The position numbers were made by a program, and so were the translations under genes. A stretch of 63,110 bases of DNA, filler included, from Octopus bimaculoides (Eukaryota), in the NCBI RefSeq assembly GCF_001194135.2. It is 3 parts of 3 records of this genome, joined end to end, with 100 filler letters (N's around TTAATTAATTAA, not from the genome) between each part and the next. Parts side by side here need not be neighbours in the genome. Positions count along the whole stretch, not along the records: positions 20,002 to 50,904 come from NC_068984.1; positions 51,005 to 63,110 come from NC_068982.1; 1 more part is not named here. One strand, given 5' to 3'. Position 1 is the stretch's first letter. Each line of letters opens with the position of its first letter. Positions 45,912 to 60,459 of the stretch are shown here, piece after piece. The notes under the pieces are model-generated. The model saw nothing but the letters and a program-made list of their open reading frames with translations, ran no database searches and was not told where the DNA came from.

Positions 45912-46929
45912 CATAACATATATATCTTCCATAAACACCATTGGTTTATTCTTAATAATCTCTTAAGATGCTAGGACCATAATTGCTGGACTATTCCTTT
46001 GGATGCTTTTATTATTGTTTTTCTTTGTGTTTTCTTTTTTTCATACGTTTATACACACAGATATGTATCATTCTTTTTCCTTTCTTCGTTTTTCTTAATC
46101 CTAACTTTTCTTAGACTAATTCAGAATATCTCAATGTCGCATTAATTCCACTTGCCTGTCCCCGCTGATACTTTTATGAATAAGTTGTGAGCTAATGTCA
46201 ATTACGTATTTTTATATTACTTATAGAAAAAAAAAGAAGGAAAAATATATAGCAACCTCTGTTGAAGTCTGTTTTTTCATGATACACATATAATGGTCTT
46301 TTTCTATAACATTTCCGTTTTTCTGACGCCAATGCATTTCTTGCCACAGAGACTAAATTGAAGAAAAAGAATAGCTTAAATGAAGAATTGTATAAAATGA
46401 ATGATTGAAATGTAAGAGAAAATTTTCATTTGGAGATGTGATTTAAAATTAACCATTTTTGTAATTATTGTGGATGTATATATATATATATATATATATN
46501 NNNNNNNNNNNNNNNNNNNNNNNNNNNNNNNNNNNNNNNNNNNNNNNNNNNNNNNNNNNNNNNNNNNNNNNNNNNNNNNNNNNNNNNNNNNNNNNNNNNN
46601 NNNNNNNNNNNNNNNNNNNNNNNNNNNNNNNNNNNNNNNNNNNNNNNNNNNNNNNNNNNNNNNNNNNNNNNNNNNNNNNNNNNNNNNNNNNNNNNNNNNN
46701 NNNNNNNNNNNNNNNNNNNNNNNNNNNNNNNNNNNNNNNNNNNNNNNNNNNNNNNNNNNNNNNNNNNNNNNNNNNNNNNNNNNNNNNNNNNNNNNNNNNN
46801 NNNNNNNNNNNNNNNNNNNNNNNNNNNNNNNNNNNNNNNNNNNNNNNNNNNNNNNNNNNNNNNNNNNNNNNNNNNNNNNNNNNNNNNNNNNNNNNNNNNN
46901 NNNNNNNNNNNNNNNNNNNNNNNNNNNNG

Positions 46930-47801
46930 AAATTTTGGCCAAATAAATCGACCCCACTACTTCTTTTCTATTTTAAGCCCGGTCCTTTTTCTGTTGGTTT
47001 CTTGCCACACTGCAACCATTTGCATGCGATTGGAAAATCAAAACAGCTCGACAAATCGGGTACCACACGATTTGAATGAAAATCAGAAAATGCGCAGATA
47101 TGAAATTTGCTCGTCGCTTCTTCTCCGTAACTAAACCAATCCATTTCTCGACCATATTGTAACTTGCGATGAAAAGTGGATTCTGCACAATAATAAAAAA
47201 CGCTCTTCGCAGTGGTTGGACCAAAATGAAGCACTGAAAACATTCCCTAAACACCAGCTCTTCAAAAAAAAGGTTATGGTGACTGTTTGGTGATGTACTG
47301 CTGGACTCATCCACTATAACTTCTTAAAACCCGGAAAAAACCATTCTGCAGAAACATATTGCCATGAAATTGCCAAAAGAACGGAAAACTGCTACTCCTC
47401 CATCCCAGACTGATCAACAGAAGAGGGCCAATCATTTTTCATGACAATGCCTGACTACACGTTTCGCTAATGACGCTCCAGAGGTTGAGGGAACTTGGTT
47501 ACGAAGTTCCTCCCCACCCAGCTTATTTCCCGGACCTTTCACCTACCGTCTACTACTTTTTTAAGCAGCCTGATGGTTTCCTGCGAGGGAAGGAGTTCAA
47601 AAATCAATCCGATGCTGAAAGTGCGTTCACAGAGTTCATCAGCTCCAGAACTCTAGATTTTTATGTTACCGAAATAAACAAACTTGTAAGTCATTGGAAA
47701 AAATCTGTTGATTATAAAGGTACTTACTTTGGTGAATAAAATTTCCGCATTGATGAAATACTTTGTGTTTCTAAACGTTGCTTATGTTTTATTCAGCCTG
47801 A
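46930..47801 (+). mobile_element. mariner DD34D transposon (cecropia/Hsmar1-like), 5' part in gap, inactive
   Basis: HLHAIGKSKQLDK(W)VPHDLNENQK, IVTCDEKWILHNN, KKVMVTVW, IFHDNA*LH, LGYEVPPHPAYFPDLSPTVY, KGTYFGE*; 3' TIR CGTTGCTTATGTTTTATTCAGCCTGA followed by TA. Confidence 0.92.
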
Positions 47802-49038
47802 TATATAGATAGATAAATAGGTAATTTGCACATATATGTGTACTTGCATTAATGCTTATAGGTACACATGCATACATACATATATATATACATACATACA
47901 TACATACATAAATACATGCAAATGTACACAACGGTTATAGCTGACATTAATAACGCTAATACGTGCAATGGTACTAAATCTGTTTATAAAAGACACCGTA
48001 AAGTATTCCGATCATTTTGCTTGATCGTGCCATTTAAACCAAACTCTAATCCAATACTGTTAGAATGCCTCCTGCCAGTTTAAGAACACATAAAATGTGG
48101 GTTTTTGAGACAGAGAAATAGATTAAGTAACATTAATTCTTTAATCTGTAAGAAAAACAGTAGAAATATACCAGACGTTTCTCAGAATCAGCATGCATTT
48201 TGTTTACTACTTTTATTATCTGAAATTCTATTAATAAATCTTTATATCTATATATATATNNNNNNNNNNNNNNNNNNNNNNNNNNNNNNNNNNNNNNNNN
48301 NNNNNNNNNNNNNNNNNNNNNNNNNNNNNNNNNNNNNNNNNNNNNNNNNNNNNNNNNNNNNNNNNNNNNNNNNNNNNNNNNNNNNNNNNNNNNNNNNNNN
48401 NNNNNNNNNNNNNNNNNNNNNNNNNNNNNNNNNNNNNNNNNNNNNNNNNNNNNNNNNNNNNNNNNNNNNNNNNNNNNNNNNNNNNNNNNNNNNNNNNNNN
48501 NNNNNNNNNNNNNNNNNNNNNNNNNNNNNNNNNNNNNNNNNNNNNNNNNNNNNNNNNNNNNNNNNNNNNNNNNNNNNNNNNNNNNNNNNNNNNNNNNNNN
48601 NNNNNNNNNNNNNNNNNNNNNNNNNNNNNNNNNNNNNNNNNNNNNNNNNNNNNNNNNNNNNNNNNNNNNNNNNNNNNNNNNNNNNNNNNNNNNNNNNNNN
48701 NNNNNNNNNNNNNNNNNNNNNNNNNNNNNNNNNNNNNNNNNNNNNNNNNNNNNNNNNNNNNNNNNNNNNNNNNNNNNNNNNNNNNNNNNNNNNNNNNNNN
48801 NNNNNNNNNNNNNNNNNNNNNNNNNNNNNNNNNNNNNNNNNNNNNNNNNNNNNNNNNNNNNNNNNNNNNNNNNNNNNNNNNNNNNNNNNNNNNNNNNNNN
48901 NNNNNNNNNNNNNNNNNNNNNNNNNNNNNNNNNNNNNNNNNNNNNNNNNNNNNNNNNNNNNNNNNNNNNNNNNNNNNNNNNNNNNNNNNNNNNNNNNNNN
49001 NNNNNNNNNNNNNNNNNNNNNNNNNNNNNNNNNNNNNN

Positions 49039-49071
<33 letters not shown>

Positions 49072-50345
49072 CATATGCACACAGAGAAACATATATACAT
49101 ACAGAAATACAGGGTGAAGCAGACATACCACATACATGATACATGCACATATACATATACGCATAAGCGTACTGGTGGAATATTTTCATACCATGAAAAT
49201 ATAACTGACCTGACATAGTAGATCTGACAGAAATATGACATAACAGATCTGACTGAAAAGCCGTATATAGTCATAGATGACAGCTGCCCAGCAGATATAA
49301 GCATTTCTTCCAAAATACGCAAACAGGAGAATATGTATGGAAAACTGTTTGGAAACCTCCAGCTCTTGTATTCTGAATATATTTTTCATTTGCACCAATA
49401 ACCATTGGTTCACTCGATCATGTAAATGTCAAGCGATAATCTGGAAAAGCTAGTATTTTCAAGCACAAGAAAGAAACGGCTACCACACACTTTAAAGATC
49501 ATATTTGTACATGGACCAGTTATGATATGTAAGACTTTTTTAAAGCTCTCTATTATCCAAATATGAGTGATGGAGTTTCTTTGCGAGAAACTAGTTTCCT
49601 CCTTTTAGGAAAAGATGCTAATAAATAAAAAGAATATTCTACAAACGTATATACATAAGTGGAAACAGATAAGTAGAGGACCGCTGAAAACTGAGTTTTA
49701 ATGTTTGTTTTCAACAATTATTCCTAGATTCATAACTGACTCTTTTCTGGCTACTATTTCTCGCGTGTTATGTGACCGCAAAGAGGCTCTTTATTTTCGT
49801 TTAGCTTATTAAACTTCACCGTACGAAACAATACGTTACCACTTGACATTTTAGAAATATCAGCCGAATTCCACTCAAATAACACAAGTTCGGACGCATT
49901 TTAGGATATAGTCAAACCTTTGGAAGACAGGGTGTTCACGTCTGGAATACTCTAAAGTATATTAAACATTTTAAGAGTCTGTGCTGTGTTCGACTGCGTT
50001 AGCAGTGCTCTTTACATCACAAGTTAAAGTTATCTTTGATAAGAAACGTTGTAACAAAACTTCGTGCTGGCTATATTTTCTACAGAAAATCTTTAAAGAT
50101 AAACTTAACAAATGAAATGTATTCAATCTTTCATTCGAAATTTTGTACCCAGACGACAACATTTTTGTATATTCTATATTTCGGGGCAAGTGCTCGATAT
50201 ATTAGTCTTTCTCTCCTCACAGCGAATCAACTCAATGAACTTTTCTACAAACACTACTGTAATTCATTTTTCCGACGTCAGTCACATCCATTTTTCTCAG
50301 ATTCCGAATTCTATAGTATGTAGGTAGGTAGATAGGTAGGTAGGA

Positions 50346-50450
<105 letters not shown>

Positions 50451-50864
50451 AGCCACAGTCGAAACGTTAAAAGCACTCCCTTTTCACCGTGCGTCACACT
50501 AATATAATTTTTGTGCACGTCCTCGCATTCGTTATTTTCTCTTTTCGTTTTTCGAATTATTTGTCCATTGAATTGACTATGTACGTACGTATGTATGTAT
50601 GTATGTATGTATGTATGTATGTATGTATGTGTGTGTGTGTCTTTGTGTATATGTATGTGAGTATAGTGTGTGTGCACACGTTTCTTATGTTTCAAAATAT
50701 GAAAGTACTAAGCTCACACATGAAGGTATTTTGAATTTGTTCAAATATAAACCAAATATAGAATTTGGTTTATTTATCCAATAGTATAGTTAGAAAAATA
50801 TAAAACATTGTGGCATGCATCAACGCATGTGTGTGTGCGTGCACTTTCGTGTGTGTGTCTGTGT

Positions 50865-50904
<40 letters not shown>

Positions 50905-51004
50905 NNNNNNNNNNNNNNNNNNNNNNNNNNNNNNNNNNNNNNNNNNNNTTAATTAATTAANNNNNNNNNNNNNNNNNNNNNNNNNNNNNNNNNNNNNNNN
51001 NNNN
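50905..51004. other. Assembly join marker (44 N + TTAATTAATTAA + 44 N)
   Basis: Same 100-bp construct as 19902-20001. Confidence 0.85.
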
Positions 51005-51399
51005 TATATATGCTCCATTATAAATTACATGCTCTAAAATGAGAGAGCGTTTTGCTCGTTCATTGTTTCTTTTATCTATTTATGTATTATATAACTATGT
51101 ATCTATCTTTCTTTCTTTCTATCTATTTATCGATCAATGTATAGATAGAAAGATAGAGAGAGAGAGAGAAAGAGAGAGAGAGAGTTAAATAGATGTTGGC
51201 TTACCCCCAAATATTTGAGGCGCTGTCCTAAAGAGGCAAAATTATTCATCCGCTAACGTCACTTGGAGCTTGGTTCATTGATTTACACACGACATCTGAA
51301 AAGAAATGTGTCTCCTACAAAAACTTCGCAGCCACTGCCTCGCCCTTATTTCTAAGTAACAATATATTAAATATATTAATCAATACATCTTGATATATT

Positions 51400-54000
51400 T
51401 ATGTGTGTAAATTTGTGCATTTGGCGTTTGCGCCTCTGTGCATCTGTGTATGTGTATCATACTAATACTTGCTGGTATGTAATGTATTGCTATTTTTGTA
51501 GTTTGCGGTTACTTGTTTTGGTGAATTTGAAAGATCCGTATTTCTACATCTAAGTGTTAGCGGCCAATCATTCCGAGTATATTTGTTTTAATGTTAAAAT
51601 TGTCTGCTCATTTGATGAGCTTGTTATCGAGCGAAATACGCTCGTTCATTTGCTTGTGATATTTTGTCGACAGGTTGAAATATTTTGCTAGACTAAAGTT
51701 GTTATTTCTTGATGGTGGCCATATGGTGTGGATACACTAAGAGTTTTTTGCTTTGTTTTGATTTCATTAGTGTAACATGAATTTTTGCTGAGTGAGAGAT
51801 GTTAAGAATACTTTTTCTTTGTTTTTAGTGTGTACATGTGTTTTAGTATAACAATTATGTATCTGATTTATTTTGGTAGAGTTAAGAAGAAGCGAGATTT
51901 GGTAGATGCTTAGTTCGGTGTAGTACTTTCTAACTATTTATCTTGCGAAATTATATGACTAAATATTGAAGTGCAGCAGATGCCGTAGAACTTATGAATT
52001 AGGTGTGAGTTGTTTCAGTGAATATATTTTTAAAGCAGTAATCGAGAACAGATCCTTATGTTATATTGTTTAAGAAATTGTAGGATTTGAAGTGATATTT
52101 CTTGTTATTGAAAAGAACATTAATGTATTCGCAAGCATTTGTATTTTATTTATTACTTCTTCGCAGAAATTAGATACAAAGAATTTCCTTACGTCAAAAG
52201 TAGTAATAATAATGCTTTCAAATCATACTCATTTGAACATTTCGTTGTTCAAATCACACTGTCTTCTTTGTGTATTCTTTATGAATTTTGTGATAGCTAA
52301 ATTTAGAATTCTAAAGAGTGGTTGCGATTTGAATAGGAAAGAGAAATCCGCGCGGAACCGATTCCAACGATTTATCTTTCTAAAATTCTTTTTGAGGAAC
52401 GGTAATAGGTCTGTGAATTTCCGCTTCTTTTTCGAAATATAACATTTTTCTCATTTACCAATTTTAAGTTTAGTAAAAGAATTGGTATGTATAGAAACTT
52501 ATGATAAGTGCAAACATTTTTCAAGCCGAAATTTTTTTGATATCTATATTTGTTATGAGAATAGTGATTTTAAGCCATACATTGATAGGCATCTAAGGGT
52601 AAGAATTAAAAAAAAGGCTATAATTTCATTTAAGAGAAAGCAATTCTAGTAAAATCTCATGTACTATATAAAAGACGATTAACTTATATAAAGTTCCTAT
52701 CCCTTTGCGTGGATTCTGTGCTCTCGGTAACTTTTACAGATGTGCCCATTATCCGTACGTCGTAGTTTGAATACCAGATTCGATGCTATTTATTTGTTTG
52801 GACAGAGATTGATTACTTGTGTGGTGTTATGTTATATACTAAGATTGTTATTTGTCTTCGGCCCTTAACTGTATTTTCTATATTTAATTTCATCATATGG
52901 AGTAACATTCTGGCTGTGTGTAATGGTTGCGTATTATATTTGAGGATGCCATTAATTTTTATGAGGTCGGGTATTTCAAATTTGTTGTTAGTGTCACGTA
53001 CATGTGGGAGTTCTTGAAAATCTATAACAATTATATTGATACATATACACGTAACAATATCTCCGGGAGACTTTACTGCAGCTCACTTTATTGAACCGTA
53101 GTTGCGTTTTAAACTGAATATTGTCCAAGCAACATTTTGTAACACTTCAAAGGGATTTAGTGATATCTGTTGTGTGATATTGGGGGTATTTTTTGTGTGT
53201 GTGACCGGAATATATTTGGCAATTGTTTCAAACGTACTTCTGATATCTATTAGTTTCGATAGATCTATGTCTGTCTTTGTTTATTGCCTGGTGTTATATA
53301 TAGGTGTATGGGGATGGCTTCCTGAGACGTAAATCATGTCTCTTTGAAGCGATCGCAATTATGATATCAATCAGGACGCCATGCCAGGGGTCTCCGTTTC
53401 CCCTTCTATTGCGTTGCTTATTAATATCTTGTTATGTATCTCTATGTCCTATTATGTAGTCTGATAAATTAAAAACGAAATGCAGCTAACACATCTCTTT
53501 TAATGTTTCTTGTCTTTGTAGAAAACTCTTTAGTTTGACCGACATGCTTTACACATAGCTTGACTGTTTTTATCCATGAAGCGATGGCTTTGATGCCCTG
53601 AGGCTATAATAGTTTAACAGTATGAGAATTTTAGTCCTTTTTAAACAGTCAGACGCCTTGGAGATTTCCCACAATTTTCCGTTTCATTGCAAATGCTATA
53701 CTCTTCTATGAATCTTGTAATAAAAACGACATGTGATAGTGTTTATCGCTCTTTCTCGTAGCTGTTTCGGTTTCTTCGCACGATGGAATCAATATGAGGT
53801 AAAATTCTATAAAAGAACACAAAATTGTAGATTTTGTAGACTGTTGCTGAGAGCATTATTTTTCTGCCTTTCAGACGCACGTGAAGATCATCTTTCTGTC
53901 TCTCTTTTATGAGTTTATATAAGGACGTCCAACAGATATTTGTGGAACTGTACAAATCTCAACATAATGATCGAATGTTAACTAGGCCTGAGTTTACAAT
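51400..54000 (-). mobile_element. Possible ancient Penelope-like RT remnant
   Basis: Strong A-rich skew on the minus strand over ~2.5 kb, with scattered in-order look-alikes of Penelope motifs (IITTFDVRKF ~ LVSFDVxSL, ILNISHSAKIHVT ~ LNxxHPxIKFT, RNNNFSLAK ~ KNNIPFSLAR). No continuous frame. Confidence 0.25.
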
Positions 54001-54233
54001 TTCCGTGATATTCTATTGTATATCCCTCGTGTCTCCTAACAGTTTCGCTATGAGCTTGTTTTCAATATAAAAAAAATTCTTAATAATTTAAATTAAAGAT
54101 GTTTCATATGACATTTACAAATTGCTCTGTTAAAATCCCCACCTAACGTATGTTTGGTCGGAAAATGTATGCATATTAAAAAGACTTTCTGTTAATAGTT
54201 TAGCTTATTTAGAAAGGGTGCTTCGCCACGTTA

Positions 54234-54274
<41 letters not shown>

Positions 54275-54856
54275 TGTGTGTGTGTGTGCGTGCGTGCGTG
54301 CGTGTGTACATTTAATTCCAACGCAGCACCACGTGAGATAAAATGGAAAATAGTCGAAGAATCCAAACCGTGTATTAACGGATCAAGAAAAAGTAACTGT
54401 GCTTAACTGAAAGAACCTTTTCAGATCTAAGAACTCCAATTAATGCTGAATTCCAGATCCGAAATTCCTATGTTCCTCTTTAAGAATTGGGAAGTACATC
54501 CCACACTGGATTAAGTAATTACTGCATAGGATCTAAGCCGCTATCTTAACAGCCTTATGATTTACGGTCTAAGGGGAATAACTTTTATTCAGTTTCTTTT
54601 TGATACCTTTTTTCTTTGAAGTTTTTCAACCATTTATTTTTTTATATATATACTTCCTTCTCGCCTTTTCTTGCTTTTCTTCTAGTCCCATTTTTAGTTC
54701 GTTATGCTCCGTGTGCAGTGTTTGGTAATTGTGCTGGGACAATTTGGCATATTCTCAGAGCATGAAACTAAGAGTAACACATAAAAATCATATATTGTTT
54801 GTATTAAATAATATCTATCTCTCACCTACCATCACAGAACAATACGCTATGTGTAT

Positions 54857-54929
<73 letters not shown>

Positions 54930-55695
54930 AGTGTGTGAGTTGTGTTTGTGTTTGTGTAAGTATGTATGTATAAACATTGACTCAGTGTTTGTGTAAAATA
55001 GTATGTTCGTTTAGTTTTGTTTTCTCTGGGAGCACCTATCTTTCCAGGTATTTTATGAGTTTCTAATTCGCATTCTCTGGATAGTTTTTCTTCCTTGCAT
55101 TTTCTTTATTGAAATACCTTCTTTCCTATCATAGAAAATTGGCTACTATTTTCGAATTTATTCGTTGATTAGTGATGTATTTGTTTTATTGACATTTTTT
55201 AATTATATCATAACAAATTGTTTTCTACTCCCGTATTTTTCTGAAGCCGATGTATGCACAGTGTGCGGAGGCTGAGTAAAGCATTTATAATACCTCTTTT
55301 GACATACGAGGAATAATCATTACTTATCCGCACATTCCATTATCAATTTTTATTAGTGGTCAGAAAATTAGATGTACAAGCATTTCTAGTCGTCGTCTCC
55401 CACTTAACCCTAGGTTGCAGGTTGAAGATGAAATATCTTGTAAATTTATTTTTACTCAAAGAAGAGCAGCGTTCTAGGTTTCGTTTTTCCGATGCTGAAG
55501 TTGCATTCAGAAAGTATTATATATTCATGGAAGGCTCTTAACAAAACACGTCAACGGTGATTGTGCAACTGTGAGCTGTGTATGTATGGATTAAATATTC
55601 AAACGTGATCTCATGTTTTACGTATTTGAGGTTGTGCATAAAAAGTCTTGCAAGCAACTGAACAAATTGCTTTGAAAGGCAAAGTGATAATGCTA

Positions 55696-55734
<39 letters not shown>

Positions 55735-57200
55735 TTGTACTTTTAAGATGTTCAAAATTGCAATAACGAATGACAAAATAACATATGACTGCACATTTTA
55801 CTGGAAGAAACAGCAAGCGCGTCGGCAGCGGTTTTCATAATAGCGGAGACGACTTAATTGACGTTTCGAGTACAAATCTGAACCAGAGTAAGGAGAGGGA
55901 TGCTGCCTCGAGTGATGCACGTGCAAATTATTTCCAAGAAAGGAGAAAACATTAGAAGCACATTGTTCATAATTAATGACACCTTGCACACCTTTGGAGC
56001 AAAGAGCTAGTGAGCAGCCAAGGTGAACATAATAACAATGACAACTTAATTGTTTCAAATTCAAGCCTGCATCGTAGAAACAACGACTAGCATGTAGTTA
56101 ATTTTCCTTCTAATAGGTAAAAGATTATAAGTGTATTCCACATAATTATCGACTCACCTGCATAATAATGACGACAGCTTAATTGAGGTTGAAAGTTCAC
56201 ACCTGTACTATGATTACTAGACTGTTACCACGTCTAGTAATGAAAGAGAATCTAATTTTCCCCGCCAGTAGGGAAGTGTTTCTTAGTGAATCCCTGATAA
56301 TTAATGACTCACACTTGCGGAATATGGTTTTCATAATATTCCGTCGCAAAAGTCCATATACCCTGTCTCTCATATCTTACGTTTTCTTTTTTCTTTCAAC
56401 GAAGAAGCAAATATACGTCATGTCTTGTGATTATTTGTGCTACTTTGCATATAAAATATACAAGGTTTTGCTCTCACTGAAGAAAAACCAGGGTCTATTT
56501 TATTTTTAATAAATATAATTTTACTCAGGATTCTGGTACGATGCATATAAAAGCCCTCATTATTTTTCCAGATTATCACATTTGCTCTTGCAAATTTATG
56601 TAAATTTATGTAAATTCAATTCGAACAGATTATTGCTATAATGTACAAATGAACGCACTAAGATAGTGATATTTTGAGATGAGTGTTATCTTGCACAATT
56701 TAAATCATTTAATATGTTGTGGTTATAAAGATGACAAACAAATCCCCTCCTTACTGTGTTTCCCACTATCCTTCAGGAAAATCCATGTATTTTCCACAGA
56801 TGCTCTTCTCCTGAACGCCTTAAAACGATTGTCATTGATATCGTAATAACTACTGTTTCTATAGCTATGCCTGCAAGAAATGTCATTGTTTTCTTGGGCG
56901 ATAAATCTTCCGATACTCGAACAGAATTCTGAGAGTAAACATCGACAATGGCAATGAAGACGATGGTTAAGGTAATGATAATCGCAGCGACCGTGATTAT
57001 TAGGACGATGTTTTCTAACACAATAAAAAAAACGACCACAGCGATAGTATGAATCGACCCCAGTATGCAAATGGTACTTAAATCTATGAAAGCCAAATCT
57101 GATTCTAGAAAATTTTGCACTGAAGTCGCATGTGGGTGAAATTATTACCTTTCTACGTGTCGTTCATTAATATCTACAATGTGTCACTGAGTAGAATGCA

Positions 57201-57239
<39 letters not shown>

Positions 57240-57710
57240 CAGCAGCAGCAGCAGAAGTAGTAGTAGTAGTAATAGTACAGAGACAAACGAGAATGCGAAG
57301 CAAAATGAATGAGAAGAATGAGAAGAATTCTCTATAAAATAGAATTTGAATATTATGAATTAAATGTATTTAAGCAATACATCATTGGCTTCAGAAATGT
57401 TAATGTGATAGAGGTGTTTTATTTCCTTGAATCCCAGAATGCTATGACGCGCTAGTTCTTTTCTTATAAGCATAGTGGATGATAATAGATAAAACGGGGA
57501 AATGAACAAAAGTTTATATACGAAAGCAAATATGTCATGACAAAAGAGAGGCGCCAGAATAAGAACAAGAGGAAAGGTTTATAGGAGATTATATGTTTGT
57601 GTACCTATATAAACATGCAAACATGGAATATGGATTTCAGGTTGGTGAATAGGTAAATAGACAGATAGATGGGTAAATATATTGATAAATAAATAGATAG
57701 AAAAATAAAG

Positions 57711-57752
<42 letters not shown>

Positions 57753-58696
57753 CATAGATAGATAGAGCTTAGAGTTTTATGCAAATCTGTGTACATGAAC
57801 ACATACAGGTTTCAGTGTGTTTGTGCGAGTCTGTGCGTATGTATGTGAGTATATTGTCTTGTTTGCATATGTGCCCACCCGTGTAGGAATCTCGTTGGAT
57901 AAGAGAGAACAATCAACTTTCAGCTGATTGTTCACCATTTTTTTACATTTATTCATACATTTTAATGTTGTCAATCTCTCAGTTTTTGCATGGAACCGTC
58001 TGCCTGCACACTAGATAAAAATGTAGGAAATACAGATAGATTTGACGAGGTATAGCTTACTAGCCAACAACCATTTCAGATTATCCAATAGTTCATAAAA
58101 CAGACGAGTTCACACCACCATAACAATAAGTTCGAGCCCAACGCACACATGCTTATACCATCAATTTGTATAAATAGTAATCATCTCTCAGCAAAGACGG
58201 GTGGATATGCGAGTCCTGAAAATATTTTTAACTGACATCGAAACTAAAGATAATCACTTTTGTTGTTCCAGTGTAAATGCCAATGTTCCAGTCAATTAAA
58301 AACGCGGCCTACTTTCTTAAGGAGGTTGTGCAATATTTTTCTTTAAAATATCTGGTTACAAATCAAATATCAGACAACTTTGTGATGTATTTTACACGGT
58401 CATGCTTACACTATTTGTACATGCTTCCAGATACAGCTCATGATTGACTCTGTCGTGATTATGACTTTAAAAAAAATATTTTATCAAATCATTGGAGAAA
58501 CTAATATCACTTTTTACCTGTTTGCGACCATGTGGTTTGCCCACGGGAGGTGTTTTACATACATCACTAACAATGCGACTATTAACCACACGATCGTAAG
58601 TTTGAATTTTAAGGTATGAATGTTTACGCCCATTCACTCAAGCACACGTGTGTGAATACACCCAAACACAAGAACATGTGCACAAATACCTATGGA

Positions 58697-58734
<38 letters not shown>

Positions 58735-59441
58735 GAGAGGAAGAAAGAGATGCAAATATATAGCTAGATAGGTAGAATAGATAGAAAGTGAGATAGATAT
58801 GGAAAATGGGTATATTGTTGTTGATATGGCTATTGATATTAATTCTTAAGATGATAAATAATAAAAACGGGAAAATAAAGATTGACAGGCAGAAATATAA
58901 TATAAATATTGTTTGAAAAAATAGAGAAAATATGACTGAATCATAAATTTTGCTGCTATCTTGAACAAAGAGAAATGTAATTGTTTTCTCTGTGTATTAT
59001 TGCCAGCTAGGATGGCCGGAGAAACTAAAGAAATTGAGTTAATACATTGAATAGAAAATATATTCCTACAAATATTTCGCTAAGGAAATATTTATCTACA
59101 GAGGATGCCTAGATAACCTATTGTTGGTTTCTTTTCCAACACCCAATCTTTTCCTCCCCCTTCTGCCCTTCACTCCCTCTCGCATCTGTCCATTCTGCCT
59201 CTCACTCTCCACTTCTTGTTTTCTTTCTCCCCCAGTCTCCACATCATTCTTTCTCATTCTATCGAACTATTTCTCACTACGTACACATTTATCTACTGAC
59301 ATGTATATCCATACATACACACAAACACACATATATACGCATTCATAAGCACATATACATACACCACACACGCACTCATATATTTATATATAATGTTATA
59401 CATAACTATACCTAAAATGAATTTTATACATATATATATAC

Positions 59442-59516
<75 letters not shown>

Positions 59517-59555
59517 TAATGGTATATATAAATATATTTATAATGAACTGTATGT

Positions 59556-59589
<34 letters not shown>

Positions 59590-60113
59590 TCATAATCTTA
59601 TGTGTATGTGTATGCATGTGAACATATATTTGAACGTACACTGACTATATGCATGTTTATTATGCGATATATCATATCCGCTTGATATTCAACTTCAATC
59701 ACCATGGCTGGTCTTGTCCTACAGTATAATGATATTTTACTACGCCCGATCCATCTTTCTCAGACAATAGATGCAGTTATTTCATTTCCCATCATTACAG
59801 ATATTCATCATTTGTTGTTCAGACCTACTGAAAGCAGCTGGAATCATGATCACTTCTGAAAGCCAATGAGACAGTCAACTTTCATATGCTACGTCTGCTC
59901 AAAACATATTACTATTAGACTGGTTGCGGTATATTTGGTTATTTACACAGAATTTTTTTAGTATAGGAATAGTTATCAAAGTTACTGCTGATTCTTCTGT
60001 CGATCACTATAAAGACTCCTGGAAACAGAAATATGTTCAAGTGTTATAATGACAAACTGTTCTGTATCTTCATTAATTTAAATATGTGTGTGAGTGTGTG
60101 TAATGATTCTGTA

Positions 60114-60153
<40 letters not shown>

Positions 60154-60366
60154 ATCTAAACAAAGAAGAACAAGCAAGAAAAAAGAATATCGCGAGGACG
60201 TGGTACAAGTACTGTATTATCAGACGCTCAGGAAAGGAATGAAAGAGGATTTTACGTTTCGATCAAAGCTCTTCTTCAGAAATATGAACGGAAGACGGAG
60301 GAAGAAAATCGCCAACCACACACACGTGATTACATTTTGAAATATATTCATATATACATGTGTGTC

Positions 60367-60459
<93 letters not shown>

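Noticed and set aside
34636-49322. Long ORFs containing X runs (e.g. 34636-35503, 46376-47079, 48105-49322)
   Set aside because: They are open only because they span N gaps.
56723-57120. Two overlapping 115-aa minus-strand ORFs with hydrophobic character
   Set aside because: Composition reflects decayed ATT/GAT-type repeats; no domain motifs.
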